Part shown: piece by piece, positions 26,909 to 41,300 of the stretch
Layout of the letters: every line of letters starts with the position of its first letter
How positions within the stretch are numbered: the first letter of the stretch is position 1
Assembly: GCA_965207375.1 (NCBI GenBank)
Contig: CBDBMG010000002.1
Coordinates: 416,001 to 480,000, forward strand
Direction of reading: 5' to 3'
Origin: Nitrosopumilaceae archaeon
Lineage (GTDB): Archaea; Thermoproteota; Nitrososphaeria; Nitrososphaerales; Nitrosopumilaceae
DNA: 64,000 nt
Position numbers and translations under genes: made by a program
The notes under the pieces: model-generated
Told to the model about the DNA's origin: nothing
What the model saw: only the letters and a program-made list of their open reading frames with translations
Database searches by the model: none

Positions 26909-28460
26909 TTTTATATTCTCGAAAACAAGTTGCCCTACGGTGTTTCACCATTTACAACTATTATCAATGCATTTATTATGAACACACACCATATAAGTGA
27001 ATCCCACTCAATATCTGCATCAATTATATACCTAAAACCATACCAGTGTTATAGCACTAAGTGCATGTTACAAGATCATGTGACTGGATCATATGACTAG
27101 ATTTTATCAAAATGTAGCTATAGGGATAACTTTTGCGGTTTTGCTATATAACCTATAGTTTTGCCAAAGAAAAACAAAGCAGCTATTCTAGGAAAAACTT
27201 TCACATTTTATTGAAAATCTGCAAAAACCACAAAAGTTTTAATTTGTACTGCGAAACTTTTGTCATTTATGGTGTGATGATCTAGTAGTATAAAATTAAT
27301 AACTTATCAGTATAACCAAGAGCTACGTATATTAACACTATTTTGTTTCATCTAGATCTGAAGGGCCTGCACAGGTATTTTTGATAATCCTTGCATGGAT
27401 GGTTGCAGCATTGGGAAAACTTTCCAGGGATGAACGAAAGAAGATCACTGTATCCTATGACAATATGTGCCACATTGACTCCCTGCATGTAGCCAGAAGA
27501 CCTCTGCCTCTACCTGGAAACTTAAGTCATCTTTGGTTAGATGTGAACAAAATAATCGATTCTTTACACATTAGAAATCACCGAGACAAAAAGTGCCATG
27601 AAAAATATCACCCAAGTCAAGTTAAAGACAGCAATGAAACTTACAATACCATGAGTTGCGAACAGACGTTTGCCTGGATTTCCAGGTTTAAAAAGATAGT
27701 CTGTTCCATGGGAAAGAGGCATCATCATTTCTACCTTCACAGAATGGTGAAGCGAAGAAATAAATATATAGCATTTTGCTATAAGCATAACAAGAACCCA
27801 GTACAACCAAAACTACATTAATATAGCTAATTATGTGCTGACTAAGATATACATGTGTACTAGTTATAATCAAACATGTTAATCATCATACTCATATGAT
27901 TGATTATCTATTTGTGGCTAGGTAATTAATGTGCTAGTTAATGTTTTCATGAATATTGGTATACTATAGCTACGTATGCCGTGAAATAAAATCTTAAAAA
28001 TGCATGTGTATATGTACATGTGTGAGTGCATAGAAAATATTAATACAGGTGTATGTACAATATACTTTTTATATCCTGTTGAAACACATATGATACATTA
28101 TAGCTATACAACTAACTAGCCTATGACTAAATTTATAATTATCGTGTATGTAGCTAGTTCCAATTGCCATATTCACACTTTCAAGCAGGCACAAGGCTGT
28201 ATGGAATGATCTTTGAATCATCTAAGTGTACCTGAAAGCTAACGTTGATACTGCATGGGCAGCCAAGCTTGCAATTGGTGAGGTGTCATCTAGACTGAAC
28301 TGGTCATTTGTCACCATATCATATCAGTGTGTATCAGCCTTAAATAACTACCAGCTAATGCTAAAGTATGATAGTGGAAAGATTGACTTATTTTGATGAT
28401 TGTATGGCTGTTGATTCATCAAACTGTTCTCATCATTATATAGTAATGCAATACATACTT

Positions 28461-29015
28461 ACTGTATGCTTGGGTACCTTAAAACAGTAGAAAACCATAA
28501 AAACCATAAAAACCATTAAAACCATATGCTATTCCATCACCTGACCATGCAACTGTTTGCTTGGGTACCTTAAAACAGTAGAAAACCATAAAAACCATAA
28601 AAACCATAAAAACCATATGCTATTCCATCACCTAACCATGCAACTGTTTGCTTGGGTACTTTAAAACCCCAGAAAACCATAAAAACCATAAAAACCATTA
28701 AAACCATATGCTATTCCATCACCTAACCATAATAACCATAAAAACCATATGCTATTCCATCATCTAACCATGCAACTGTTTGCTTGGGTACCTTAAAACA
28801 CTAGAAAACCATAAAAACCATAAAAACCATTAAAACCATATGCTATTCCATCACCTAACCATAATAACCATAAAAGCCATATGCTATTCCATCATCTAAC
28901 CATGCAACTGTTTGCTTGGGTACCTTAAAACACTAGAAAACCATAAAAACCATAAAAACCATGAAAACCATATGCTATTCCATCACCTAAACTCTGTTTG
29001 CATGGGTACTTTAAA
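28461..29015 (-). repeat. Right subterminal tandem array (inverted copy, ~5-6 units)
   Basis: Reverse complement of the same unit, including the rare GGTCAGG and CTGGGG variants found in the outermost left units. Confidence 0.97.
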
Positions 29016-29685
29016 ACCCACGAAAACTTAAAAACCCTATATTGTTGTACATGCCTGTTACGTACCTATGTTGTATATTTTTATCAGTCCATCTGTTTGT
29101 ACAGACAAATTAAGTGCAAAGTAAAATGTAAAACTAGCTATTGGCTCCAGCTGAAGTTGCATGGTGAGATATAGCTAGCTAACTAGCTAACTAGCTAAAA
29201 ACCTTCAAAACCTGGTTCCTCAAATACTTTTCAATGCCTATTATGCCCAAAATTATGCTGGCATAATCGGGACATCCCTACTACTTGCATCATGTATGGT
29301 CCAACTTTAAATTCATAATATTGGATGTGCAGATAAGATCTGTTTGTGCAGGCCCAGTCAACTTTCTACTTGTAATGTATGTACGTAGCTATATATATAG
29401 TACGGGATATTTAATATTAGCTAATGAATGGAAATGCACATCCTGAACACAACGTAGCTATGTTAGTTGGGTTATTATTCAAAATTAATGAGTCCAAAAT
29501 GCCTTGGCCATATTAGCTACACATGTACAATGCTGCTTATGATAACATGGTACACAGGATAGCTATAATTATGCACTGTTAAATGTTCTAGTTTGATATG
29601 ACTACTATGCAATTTTGTACATCATACCGTCATGTTGTACAAGTGAATGGATTTAGAGCATAATAACTGCCAGATATACGTAATA

Positions 29686-29830
29686 TCATTAAGTACGGTA
29701 GTACTTAATAGTAGGGATCGATAAGGAATGTATGGAATGCAGAATTTTCGCACGTCTAGAAACCCACCTTACAATAAGCTCAGTTTAGCCAAAAAAACCA
29801 ACTTAAACGCACTGGTACAGCTATAGTAAT
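29686..29830 (+). mobile_element. Diverged 5' fragment related to family A
   Basis: TCATTAAGTACGGTAGTACTTAATAGTAGGGAT followed by diverged family-A sequence. Confidence 0.65.
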
Positions 29831-31101
29831 AATTAGATAATTCATAGCTAGCTAGCTAGCTAGCTACCACTGCAAAATTCAGAAATATTTTTATACAGTC
29901 TGTGATTTTTATACGAAGACCAATGCAAATTCAACTATAGTTACCTTATTTGCTCTAGCTATTGTAAGTGATTTAGCAATATAGGACAAACTATAGCAAG
30001 GATTAGTTAATAATGGCTACTTGGCAACTTCAACTCAGTGATTCTCAACCATAGTCAAGAAAGGATCACAGAAGTCTCATTTTGCTATTGTAAGTTAGCA
30101 AAACTCTGAAACATAACTATCAGTGGCACTCACTTTGGCAGTTTTGGCCTTTGATTATAGAGCTAGCTAGCTAGAACCATGACTCCGATACTGCATGATG
30201 CCTCTAATGTTGACCATGAGCTGCATAGCTAGCTACATACATACATCATACATTGTCACCATGCATGTGATGAATGATGACATACAATCAATATGAATGT
30301 AGCTAGCTAGCTACGTAGCTATAGCTAGTTCATGCATGGTTATATGCGAGGTGATAGCTAGCTATGTAACTATGTAACACACCTCGGCTGAGAATACAAT
30401 GAGAACTGTGGATCCACCACAGAATATGAGTGAAGTAGCTAGCTAGTTACAGCTGGTCAAACTAGCTAGCTATAGCTCAGTGTCACAGTGTATAATTAAC
30501 CACAGTATAGGTGACATTATAATAATTATTATAATCTCAGTATCGTTGGTAGCTAAGTGCCAGTTGATTTATGATTCTTGCAACGCTTATATAGCTACCT
30601 AGGTGCACAGTTCTTGGATAGAAAGTATTTTTGAGGGTGGATATATTTTATTGAGCTAGCTACATAGCTTTAAATCTTCTGAAGCCATACAGTAAACGCC
30701 AATAGTAAATTCACTGTGATAAGCACCGACCGCGCGGGAGGTTTATCTTTGCCCAGTGACTATACACATGATGAGCGCATGTCAGTGATTATAATTAGCT
30801 ACTATTAAACAGTTAGCTACGTATTTTATTCATTTAGCTAATAGCAATGTATCATCACTGAGAATTACTATTGATAGATACCATAAACGATAAAACTTTT
30901 AAGGGAAAACTCATTATGTAGCTAGCTATATAGGGAAAACTATTGAAAGTCTATGAAAACCACGAGTTTTCACTTTTCACCCTCAAAAGTTTAGTGTTGT
31001 TTACTATATTCATTACAACCAAGTAATTCATATAGCTAGTTACATTTATAGCTGTTATATATAGCTATATACATACAATTATTAAAATTATTAGCTAACT
31101 A

Positions 31102-32167
31102 TCATTAAGTACGACAGTACTTAATAGTAGGGATTGGTAAGAAATTGTACGGTTTCGGGAAAATTTCGCGCTGTAAAAATCAACCTTGCAATAGGCTTTA
31201 CCCGAAAAAACCAGCTGGAATGCATTGGTAAGGCTGTAATGATGCTGTACCTTGGTTAAACGAAACGACAAGTCGAATATTTCGACCTACAGCCAAATTT
31301 GAAAATTTCGAAATTCACCTGTATTTCGTCTGACAGCCTGCCAGCCTGCCGTAAGACCGGGTTGCGCTAGGTGTAGGGCTCCAGAAATTTCACACAATAA
31401 AGGTAATGGCGGCGCATTTACGAAAATGTTATTCCGAAGACGATTTACCCATTGCGCCATGGCGATTCCCTTTATCCTTCATTCCTTTCCTTGTTCTTCT
31501 TTATTCCTTAGCAAGGTGCGAATTTCACCGAAGGTGACGATAGCCTGTAACGGGCTTCTGCTTATTGCGTCACACAAAAACCTGGCTTGCACGTGATATA
31601 ATTAGTTACAGTGGCACGATGTTTTCGCGTGTACTTTATTACATCGTGAACTTCGAGATTATAGCCTTGGACAAATAGCTTTTGCTGTTTTTCGAGCGTT
31701 ATTTGCTATCACACAGCTGCTTTGCCATGTCAGCTCGTTGTTAACAAGCGCCTGTAAACAAGCATAATTATTACGTAAGCGCCTGTAAAATTTTGTGCGC
31801 CTGCTGAATGATTAATATGAATGCTTAGCATGTGTAAAAAGTAAACAAACTAGAATGAGTAAGAATTTAAAGGTAAGTAGGGATTGAATTTTGGATTCAA
31901 TAGTGCTACAAAAAGTAAGGAAACAAGGAATAAGATTTTGGGACGAGGGAACATTCTGGCATGAGATAATCTATAAAAATTTAATCCCTACTTTTGGTTC
32001 ACTTCAGGTTTGCCAAAAGTAGGGATTAAACTTTTATAAATTATCTCATGCCAGAATGTTCTCTCGTCCTAAAATCTTATTCCTTGTTTCCTTACTTTTT
32101 GTAGCACTATTGAATCCAAAATTCAATCCCTACTTACCTTTAAATTTTTAATTTTTTATCATTCTAG
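31102..32167 (+). mobile_element. Family A copy 3
   Basis: Same TC/hairpin start (loop GACA variant), body and 3' palindrome-CTAG end. Confidence 0.8.
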
Positions 32168-32178
32168 TTATAATAGCT

Positions 32179-34833
32179 CAGGGCCGTAGGAAGCAAATTG
32201 AAAGTGGTGAGGCCTTTGATCAAGATAGACTTCCATATAATATTATATGTTGGAATTTTATTCCATAACTAAGTGAACTATTATTTTGTATGATGTAATA
32301 CTACCTACACATCTACTACCTAATAATTATTAACATTAGCTACTTATTCAAGTCACTTTCTTTGAATGTACCAAAAATTTGTTTTCTGTGCTCATGTTCA
32401 AAGACAAAGTCATTAGCAACTTCAATTAAATTAAGCCCGTCAGTTAACTCCTGGTGATTGTTCAAAATCATGCGATGGTTCAGTCTGCTTTGAGACATTG
32501 TTGAACGTAAATACGTTTTGATTCTACGAAGGGTGCTAAATGATCTCTCACTAACAGCATTAGTTGCGGGCATAACAAGAAGAAGTTTGAGTAGCTTGCA
32601 CACTTCAGAGAGCAAGTCTAACTGGGCTGGCAACAAACTTTTATAATACTCTATAATATCTGATATAAATAGTGTTGCAGACTTGTCAGTAAAGTTAGCT
32701 GTAAAAACTTGCAATTGGGTTTTTAATTGCTCGTCATTGAAGTCACTACCATAAAAATTTAACACAAACTCTAATTCAGACTGGTATGAATTGCCTTTGG
32801 CAGCATTTATAAGCAAATCTTGAACATTACGATATACAGCAAACCCTGGCTGATCAAACCTCTCTGAGATACAAGTAGTAATGAGATCTAGTGCTTCAAA
32901 GTAAATGCATTTGAAGTAATGGTTAGGAGTAGTAACAAATTCAGGCTGAGCATTTCCTATTTCATATCTTTTTGGCATTTTTCTTTGCCGAGGTAATAAT
33001 GGGTCTGAAATATCCAAATCTTTAGCTGTCTTTGTGACCCGTTCCCAAAAGAACTCAAAATTTTCCTCTGACCTCAGAGAAGAAAGTGTTTTAAGTGTCA
33101 TCTTTGCTACCTCCTGTCCTTCTGAAGCAGAAATATCTGTCTTCTGTAATGTTTTACTTAAATTATCACTGTGACGCAAAATTAAGTCACCTAAGCAAAT
33201 CCCAAAATAGTACTCAAACTTCTGCATTTGTGAAGCTACACCTAAAATACGAGCTCGGGCATCAGAATCTTTGATATCATTAAGTAATTCACTCCATAAT
33301 TCAACAAGCACTTGGTAGTTTTGTAAGATACCTTGAAGGGCCTCTGCTCTTACAGTCCACCTAGTGGGACAAAGAACTCGTATTCCTGGTGTATCAGGGC
33401 TAATATCAACTTTGAGCTTTTCAAAACATGATTGTCTTTTAGGAGAATTTTTAACTAGTTTGATAATCTCATGTGTAATATCCAAGGCATCTTTCATCAC
33501 CTTACACCTCTTTAGTGTATCGCCACATGCTAAATTTAGGGCATGGCCATAACAGTGCATGTAAACAGCTCTAGGCTCTTCTTGAGCTAATCGAGTTGCT
33601 ACCCCAGAATGTGTACCTCTCATGGTAGCAGCACCATCGTAGCACTGACCCCTAGCTTTGCTTATTGGAAGATACATTCGCATTAATACACTGTGTATAG
33701 CCTGAACAATGGTTATAGCATCAATTGAATCAACAACATGCAAACCAGCAAACTCTTCATGAACTTTGAAGTCATTGCTTACCCATCGGAAGCATATGAC
33801 AACTTGCTCATGATTAGAGTTGTCAGTTGTTTCATCCACCATAATTGTAAAATATGGTGTGTTACGAAGAGAATAAGCTAGTTGGTTTAAAACTTTCCTA
33901 GCCATTACTTTTATGATTTCATTTTGCATTTCGGGTGATGTATATTTATCTGTCTTTCTTTCAACCAATTCAAACACTCTGCTGTCATCTTCTCCTCGAA
34001 GTCTTAGTAGCTGATTAAAATTTGAATCTTTTTCATCCCCATCACCACGCAATGCAAGGCCTTGCCTAGTCAAAAATTTCAAATTGGACAGAATCTTTAA
34101 AAAGCATTGACGACGGACATGTTTTTCTTTGGCAACCTGTGATGACAAACACTCATCAATAGCAGTGGTTGTAGCTGGAAGTGTTACAGTTGTTAGAAGA
34201 GCATCTTTATGACAATTACTAGCTTCATGGTTTTGAAATTTAACACATGCATCTTTCCAATTTGTGTAATCAGTGGAAATATATGTGGATTCAAGATTGC
34301 TGACTGACTCGAGTTTTCTTTCTATATATGCTCTTACACAAATAAAGCAGAAAGCTGCATCTTTGTGGACATAATAATGCAGCCATGGAAAACGGGAAAA
34401 CCAGTTCTCTTGAAATGATCTCTTAACAACTACCTTTTTTCCAAATTCGCGTGATGGAAATTTGTAGTTCTTTGGCTGATTAGGTTTTTCTCCTATCTCA
34501 GGTGTTTCTATACGTTGTAAAACCCTAGAAATCTTTGATAGTGACATACTCAACAACTCATGCTTGAAACTAGCGACAAAATAATCGATTGTGGGTTTCG
34601 GTTTTTTTCAATTGTGGGTTTGTATTTTTGTAAGCTCAGCAGTAGTAAAGCAGAGGAGGAAACAATGTTTCGGAGTAGAAACAATGCCAATTTAGCTTTG
34701 TTAGTGACTGGGAGCAGGAAATTTTGGTAAGGTGATTATAGTTATAACTTATAAGGCATAAATTTTCAATATCAGATTGCCAAAAAGTGGTGAGGCCATG
34801 GCCTCACCAGCCTCACCGTCTCCTACGGCCCTG
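32179..34833 (-). mobile_element. Autonomous hAT DNA transposon (ZMYM1/Tip100-like)
   Basis: TIR CAGGGCCGTAGGA; 8-bp TSD TAATAGCT at 32171-32178 and 34834-34841; subterminal GGTGAGGC motifs. Confidence 0.95.
32340..34556 (-). CDS. hAT transposase, uninterrupted (TTF zinc finger, DUF4371-like region, hATC dimerization domain)
   Basis: 738-aa open frame: WFSRFPWL..CFIC, LALRG, VDETTD, QCYDGA, HCYGHALNL, TRW, PATNAVSERSFSTL. The first ATG is a few codons into the ORF. Confidence 0.93.
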   Translation of the reverse strand: MLSMSLSKISRVLQRIETPEIGEKPNQPKNYKFPSREFGKKVVVKRSFQENWFSRFPWLHYYVHKDAAFCFICVRAYIERKLESVSNLESTYISTDYTNWKDACVKFQNHEASNCHKDALLTTVTLPATTTAIDECLSSQVAKEKHVRRQCFLKILSNLKFLTRQGLALRGDGDEKDSNFNQLLRLRGEDDSRVFELVERKTDKYTSPEMQNEIIKVMARKVLNQLAYSLRNTPYFTIMVDETTDNSNHEQVVICFRWVSNDFKVHEEFAGLHVVDSIDAITIVQAIHSVLMRMYLPISKARGQCYDGAATMRGTHSGVATRLAQEEPRAVYMHCYGHALNLACGDTLKRCKVMKDALDITHEIIKLVKNSPKRQSCFEKLKVDISPDTPGIRVLCPTRWTVRAEALQGILQNYQVLVELWSELLNDIKDSDARARILGVASQMQKFEYYFGICLGDLILRHSDNLSKTLQKTDISASEGQEVAKMTLKTLSSLRSEENFEFFWERVTKTAKDLDISDPLLPRQRKMPKRYEIGNAQPEFVTTPNHYFKCIYFEALDLITTCISERFDQPGFAVYRNVQDLLINAAKGNSYQSELEFVLNFYGSDFNDEQLKTQLQVFTANFTDKSATLFISDIIEYYKSLLPAQLDLLSEVCKLLKLLLVMPATNAVSERSFSTLRRIKTYLRSTMSQSRLNHRMILNNHQELTDGLNLIEVANDFVFEHEHRKQIFGTFKESDLNK

Positions 34834-35655
34834 TAATAGCTAATAGGATAGGAAAAATTGGTACTTACATATTTGCCTTGCAGTAAGTAGCTTTGTCAGT
34901 TTGTGCGCGTGAGGATCAAAGAGAAAATTGATACTATATATGCCATAAAACATCAAGTGTACTGTATAGCAAATACAGCACAGTGCATGGTCAGCAAATA
35001 CAATGCTGTTACGTATATTAATTATAGTCTGCAACTACGTACTGCGTAAACAACCTTGCTTCCTTAAATGGATTTACAAAGGTTATTAGCTAGCACAAAA
35101 ATAAGCCATCTTACCAGACCGACAAGCTTGTTTACAAGAATCGCATCTGCCATTAAGGTTCGCCATAAGGTCAAAGCATCGCATTGTTACGTCGAACAAT
35201 TGTAATAGTAGAGATAACAGTACACCCACTCGACATTGCACTGAATGGCAGATAATTGCAAAGCATCAAGGTAAGAACTTATAAAGCATCACGGTTTGTT
35301 GACTTATAATACTAACATGCCTAAAAGCATCACACCGCAACCGTCATTACAAAAAATACATATTAATCCTCCCACACAAAACTAACAAATCAGTAAAAAC
35401 ACTGTATACTCATGTAATACAGCACTCGGGGTGGGGTCTCGTGGCAAATACAGCACTGGCTTCGAATCTTGCTGTATTTGCCACTCGAACCCACCCCTCG
35501 TGCTGTATTTTATCGTACAACACTCGTAATGGTGCTTTAACTAGTATATAGTGTATGCAATTGTCACGATGCAGCTCATCCTGTGCTAGCTATGTTGTAG
35601 CTATGATTGTGTTTCAGTGACATACCGGCTAACTATAGCTAAATCTCATTTTATA

Positions 35656-37185
35656 TCATGAACCACGGTAGTGGTTCATAATAGGGATCCAACGAAAAAT
35701 TGTGTAAATGCTCTAATAGAACGTACGCCATTTAAAGCTTCCTATACTGTTGAAAAAACCGCCCAGATCCTCTTTCAATACTCCTAAGACTATTACCGAA
35801 GTATAAAAAGCCTAGCTATATGGTATCTATATTTTTCATGTTTTTGAAAATACCCCAATTTCTCCATCTTCTTCTTCTTCTTCTTTCGCGCATCTACAGT
35901 CCACACAAAGTCGAAATCAGAAATAAAAACTGCTGGCGTATCTTTAAAATGCCCCTACCCAGGTCTGTGATATTTTAAATAGTTCGTTTTCTAAAGGGAT
36001 TGGAAGATATGAGCCAAAACTTCCTCCATAAAGATCGAGAAGCCATACGAACGCCCGTGGTGCATGTGCCAAAACGACCTCAACATTATGTGACCAATCT
36101 TATTGACGCCATACTGTCTGTAATAAGTGATTTTATAACTGAGCAACGTATTTCAGCTATTGATTTCAACCCTTTATTTTCATCGCTAGGAAAATAACTA
36201 AGTCCTTTATTTTCCGCGTCATATATAACACTAAGGTTTCCTAGATAAGGCGCTTTAATTAGAAAGCGCCACGTTGTCAGCTGAATGTTGTTCAGAACTA
36301 TTGAAGATGGACAATGACACAGTGGATTTATCCATTCTAAGGTAAGTGCTATTGCGTGCTGTGTTAATCGTTGTATTTAACCACCGCGCGTGCTTTTGTC
36401 CTGGAAGCCGGTATGTGTGCGCGCGTCTGTGTGTGTCCGCCCCTCGGGCTATTAAAGCCATTGACGCCTCAATAACCAATTAAACAAGTCTTACTGCTTT
36501 TCAGTTTCTTTATAAGGCACTTGCTATCGATACTATTGATGGGAGGGAGCTTAGTAACTAAGCGCATCGTGAGTTACTGCCAAAGAGGAGCAAGGTTACG
36601 CGGTATTTGCTGTTCATTACGCGATAAAAGCCGTTTAACCAGCTGTACATTACTAACAAGATAGAGTGCTTCAGTTTTAAAAGTGGGCGTGCCGCGTGGG
36701 TTGCGAAGCTTACAAAACAAGACTGGCCTATAGTGTTACACTAATGCGTGTAAAGAGGCCGTTAGGGAATCTTATGAGAGCAACCCTGAAAAGAAAAGGG
36801 AGGCTGCCAGAACGATACGTGAATAGTAAAAGATAGTTGTTCATACATTTCATATGCAGATGTCATTGTCCAGCAATGGACATGAAAAAACTAAAGAAAC
36901 TAGTAAATATAAAAAAATTGTTAATTTCAAAAAGGAGAATAGGGATCCTGAAAAACTACCTAAACAAGGTGAAGATAGTGAGAGTTTGTGATTTTATTAT
37001 ATTTGAGATACCTATTTTGACTGTTGAAATGATAATTGTAATTGACCATACTCTCAGCTACTGTCAAAATAGGGATCTCAAATATAATAAAATCACAAAC
37101 TCTCACTATCTTCACCTTGTTTAGGTAGTTTTTTCAGGATCCCTATTCTCCTTTTTGAAATTAACAATTTTTTTATATTTACTAG
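35656..37185 (+). mobile_element. Helitron-like non-autonomous element, family B (same architecture as A, different sequence)
   Basis: 5' TC plus ATGAACCAC-GGTA-GTGGTTCAT hairpin, TAGGGAT boxes, palindrome 36899-37186 ending CTAG|T. Confidence 0.75.
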
Positions 37186-37456
37186 TATATAATATATAAT
37201 TGTCTGTACCTATGGCTAGTGGCTAGCTACCTTGTTGACTGTTAGTAAGAAGTGTTGCTATAGCTGCTACCATTTGGTATAAAACAATTTCCTTTAACTA
37301 TAAAGTCTATATTAATATTGTAAGCAATTAATTAATGGTCATAAACCCAAACCAATTTGTTGAGTTATTATAATTATATATCCTTCTGCTAAATTATATG
37401 ATATTATGTATATAGCTATGTAATATGTACACCTTACACTGTATGTAGCTACTATA

Positions 37457-37502
<46 letters not shown>

Positions 37503-38374
37503 TACGTATATCAACTCTATCTAAATAAAATATTGGGAAGAAGGGATCACACTCTATAATGGTGGGTCATCAGAGTTCATTGAATGCATGTGTTACAGCT
37601 AACTATAGAGTTTAAAAGTTAATGACATATTATAGCTAGCTAATAAGCAACACATAAGACTAAAATAATTTTATATAGCTATTTTGATAAAAACATCATG
37701 ACAACATACATTCAGGAAAGCTTAATAGATAGCTATATAATATTAGTTAGTAAAAGTTTTTAATAATATCTGTTTAGTTGGCTTCTGTTGTTACCAAATG
37801 ATGTATCAAAGTTACCCATATATAAATGTTATAACTGCATGTGCTTAACATTAGCAAAATAATCATGTTGTTAGTACAAGTAGCTACATACATACATGGT
37901 AAACACGAATACATATACTTGCCTATCTATGTAAATATATTAGTGTCGTAAAAAGATTATTTTTGGGGGCCACTATCAGTATTCATTGACAGGATGCTTT
38001 ATGTAAAAAAGGACATGTATCTATAGCTACCTACATTTGAAATCATACGTACTTCAAGGGCGGAGACAGCTACCAAAAAGTAGGGGTGCTGAATTCCCCA
38101 TGCTACTAGACTCTAACCGTAGAGCCCACTTTCATAAGGGCTCAAAATATGCCCAATTTATTTGGGCATGCACATATACACTATTTTCAAAGTGCAGTTA
38201 CCTAACTACTTATCTACACCTGCATAATTAAACCTAGACTACATATGCATGCTGCTGTTTGTGCAGCTCACTATGCTATGTGTATAATATATACAGAAGG
38301 ATCAGCTTCTACGGTTAATGAATCACATGCATGGACTGCGAGTCATCACTGGATCACATGGGCCGTCAGTTATC

Positions 38375-41300
38375 TGTAGTGTATAGACTGACTATCTATA
38401 TTTAGAATGATTATATATAGGTTGCACGTGATTGCTTGTACTATAAATATATACCTCGTGTTATTGAATTATTGTAATAATCTTGAATCCAATACAACTG
38501 TATTGTACATGGTGTCAGAAGTGGGATAACAATGGCTAGTCTAAGTTTAGAAGTACCAGAAAACTTTGACTTCCGATCTCCGGATGATTGGCCTCGATGG
38601 AAAAAGAGGTTCCAACAATTTCATCTCACTTCTGGGCTAGCAGATGAGGGCGAAGGGCGACAGATCAGTACTCTGTTATATTGTCTCGGCGGAGAAGCCG
38701 AAGACGTGCTGGGGTCAACCAATATCACCGAAGATGAGCGGAAGCAGTACAGCAAAGTACTGGAGAAATTTGACAGTCATTTCCAAGTTCGACGCAATCT
38801 AATTTTTGAAAGAGCAAGATTCAACAAATGTGATCAAAGAGAAGGGGAATCTGAGGAATAACATATCACCGCCTTGTATTAGTTAGCAGAAAGGTGCGAA
38901 TATCGTGATTTCAAATCGGAAATGATAAGAGACAAGCTCGTAGTGGGTATTCGTAATACAGCCTTATCTGAGAAACTCCAGATGGATGCAGCACTGACTT
39001 TGGAAAAGGCAAAGAGGTTAATCAGACAACATGAGGTGGTTCATGAACAGCAAGAGACACTGAAAGATCCTACGAAGGACACTAGTGCCGTAAGTGAGCA
39101 TAACCTAGACTACGTTAAGAATAGAACAGTTGGGTTCCAGAAGGGGAATGGGCACAAAGACAGGACACAAATAAATCAAAACACAGGTTGTCAGAGTAAA
39201 TGTACTCGATGTGGGAAGCCAAACCATGCACGAGACAAGTGCCCAGCTCGTGAAGCTAAGTGTTTTAAATGCCAGAAAATAGGCCATTTTAGTTCCCAGT
39301 GTCGCTCAAAACAAGTTTCTGCCATGACAGACCATAGTGAACAAATGAAGGAAGACCCATTCCTGGGGGCTGTCACCTCAAACTCGTTAACTCAGTGGAA
39401 TGCAACCATTGCAGTAAACAATAAACAGACTCAATTTAAGTTAGACACAGGGGCAGAGGTGACAGCCATATCCAAATCCACTCACAATACTATAGGGGAA
39501 CCAGACCTGATGAGAACAAGTAAAGCACTTTATGGTCCAGCAGGCACATCGCTAGAAGTGTGCGGCCAATTCACAGCTAGCTTGTCATACAAATCAGTTC
39601 AATCCAATCACACTGTGTATGTAGTGAAAGTCTTACGAATAACCTCTTAGGGGTAGCTACCAGCCATAATTTTACTCAACCTAGCCATGAGAATCCAACA
39701 AATAGAGGAGACTAGCACCCAAGTTCAAGATGAATTTCCCAACATTTTCAAAGGGTTGGGCACCATTGGTGAGGAGTATGAGATCCGACTCAAAGATGGG
39801 GTTAAACCCAGAGCATTGTGCACAGCAAGACATGTGCCAATCCCCCTGCGCACAAAAGTCCAAGAAGAACTGAATCGGATGCAATCACTGGGAGTAATTT
39901 CACCTGTAGATGAGCCAACTCCGTGGTGTGCAGGGATGATGGTGGTGGTACCCAAGCCTTCTGGAGACATACGCATCTGCGTAGATTTGAAACCCTTGAA
40001 TGAAGGAGTGTTGCGTGAATTTCACCCATTGCCCAAAGTAGAAGAGACATCGGGTCAATTAAATGGGGCGACGATTTTCAGTAAGTTGGATGCAAATAGC
40101 GGATTCTGGCAAATTCCGCTTGCTAGGAAATCCAAGCTGTTAACAACATTTATAACACCCTTCGGGAGGTATTATTTCAACAAGCTACCCTTTGGGATAT
40201 CTAGCGCTCCTGAGTTATTCCAGAAAAGGATGAGTACAATATTGTCAGACCTTAAGGGAGTGTTATGCTGGATGGATGATATCCTTGTGTTTGGAAGTAA
40301 CACAAAAGAGCATAACAAGAGGCTAAAGGCAGCTCTAGAACGTCTGGAATCAGCGGGAGTTACTCTTAACCCCAGGAAGTGTGAGTTCTCAAAGAGCTCT
40401 CTTAAGTTTCTCGGGCATGTAATTGATAAGGATGGCATATCGGCTGACCCAGAGAAAGTTCGTGCGATCACTGAACTGCCACTACCAACAAACATTCCAG
40501 AGTTGCGTAGAGTTATGGGAATGATCAATCAGTTGGGTAAATTCCTACCTAGTCGTACTAAAGTAACACGCCCAATGACAGCACTACTCAGTCCTAAGAA
40601 TTCCTGGATATGGGGTCAAGCTCAGTCTAACGCATTCAACAAAGTGAAAGAGGAACTTACCAAAAACCCTAAGGTGTTGGCTCTTTACAACCCAGCTGCA
40701 GAGATAAAACTTTTAGCAGACGCATCTTCATATGGGCTGGGGGGAGTACTTTTTGCAGAAAGTTAATACTACATGGCAGCCAGTGGCATATGCATCCCGT
40801 TTGATGTCCACAACAGAAGAGCGCTATGCGCAAGTAGAAAAGGAAGCCCTTGCCATTACCTGGGCATGTGACAAATTTTCAATGTATTTACTAGGGAAAA
40901 AGTTTGAAATAGAAACGGATCATAAACCATTGGTCCCTCTCCTCAGCTCAAAACCCCTAGACAACTTGCCACCCCGAGTTTTGAGGTTCCGTCTGCGCAT
41001 GATGAGGTACAACTATTCAATTTCGCATGTTCCGGGCAAATTGCTCTATACTGCAGACGCTCTATCTAGAGCACCAGTATCTGCATCTGGCAATCATGAG
41101 GATTCCACAAGTTTACAAAATGAGACAGAAGCCTTTGTTGCAGCCATGGTTTCAAATTTCCCTGCAACATCAGACTGCCTAGTGGAATTTTGGAAAGCTC
41201 AAGCAGCCGATCAAACACTCTCTAAAGTAATCAATTTCTGTCAGACTAAATGGCCAGCTGAACTAGCAGTGAGTGCTGCATTAAAACCTTACTAGAAAAT

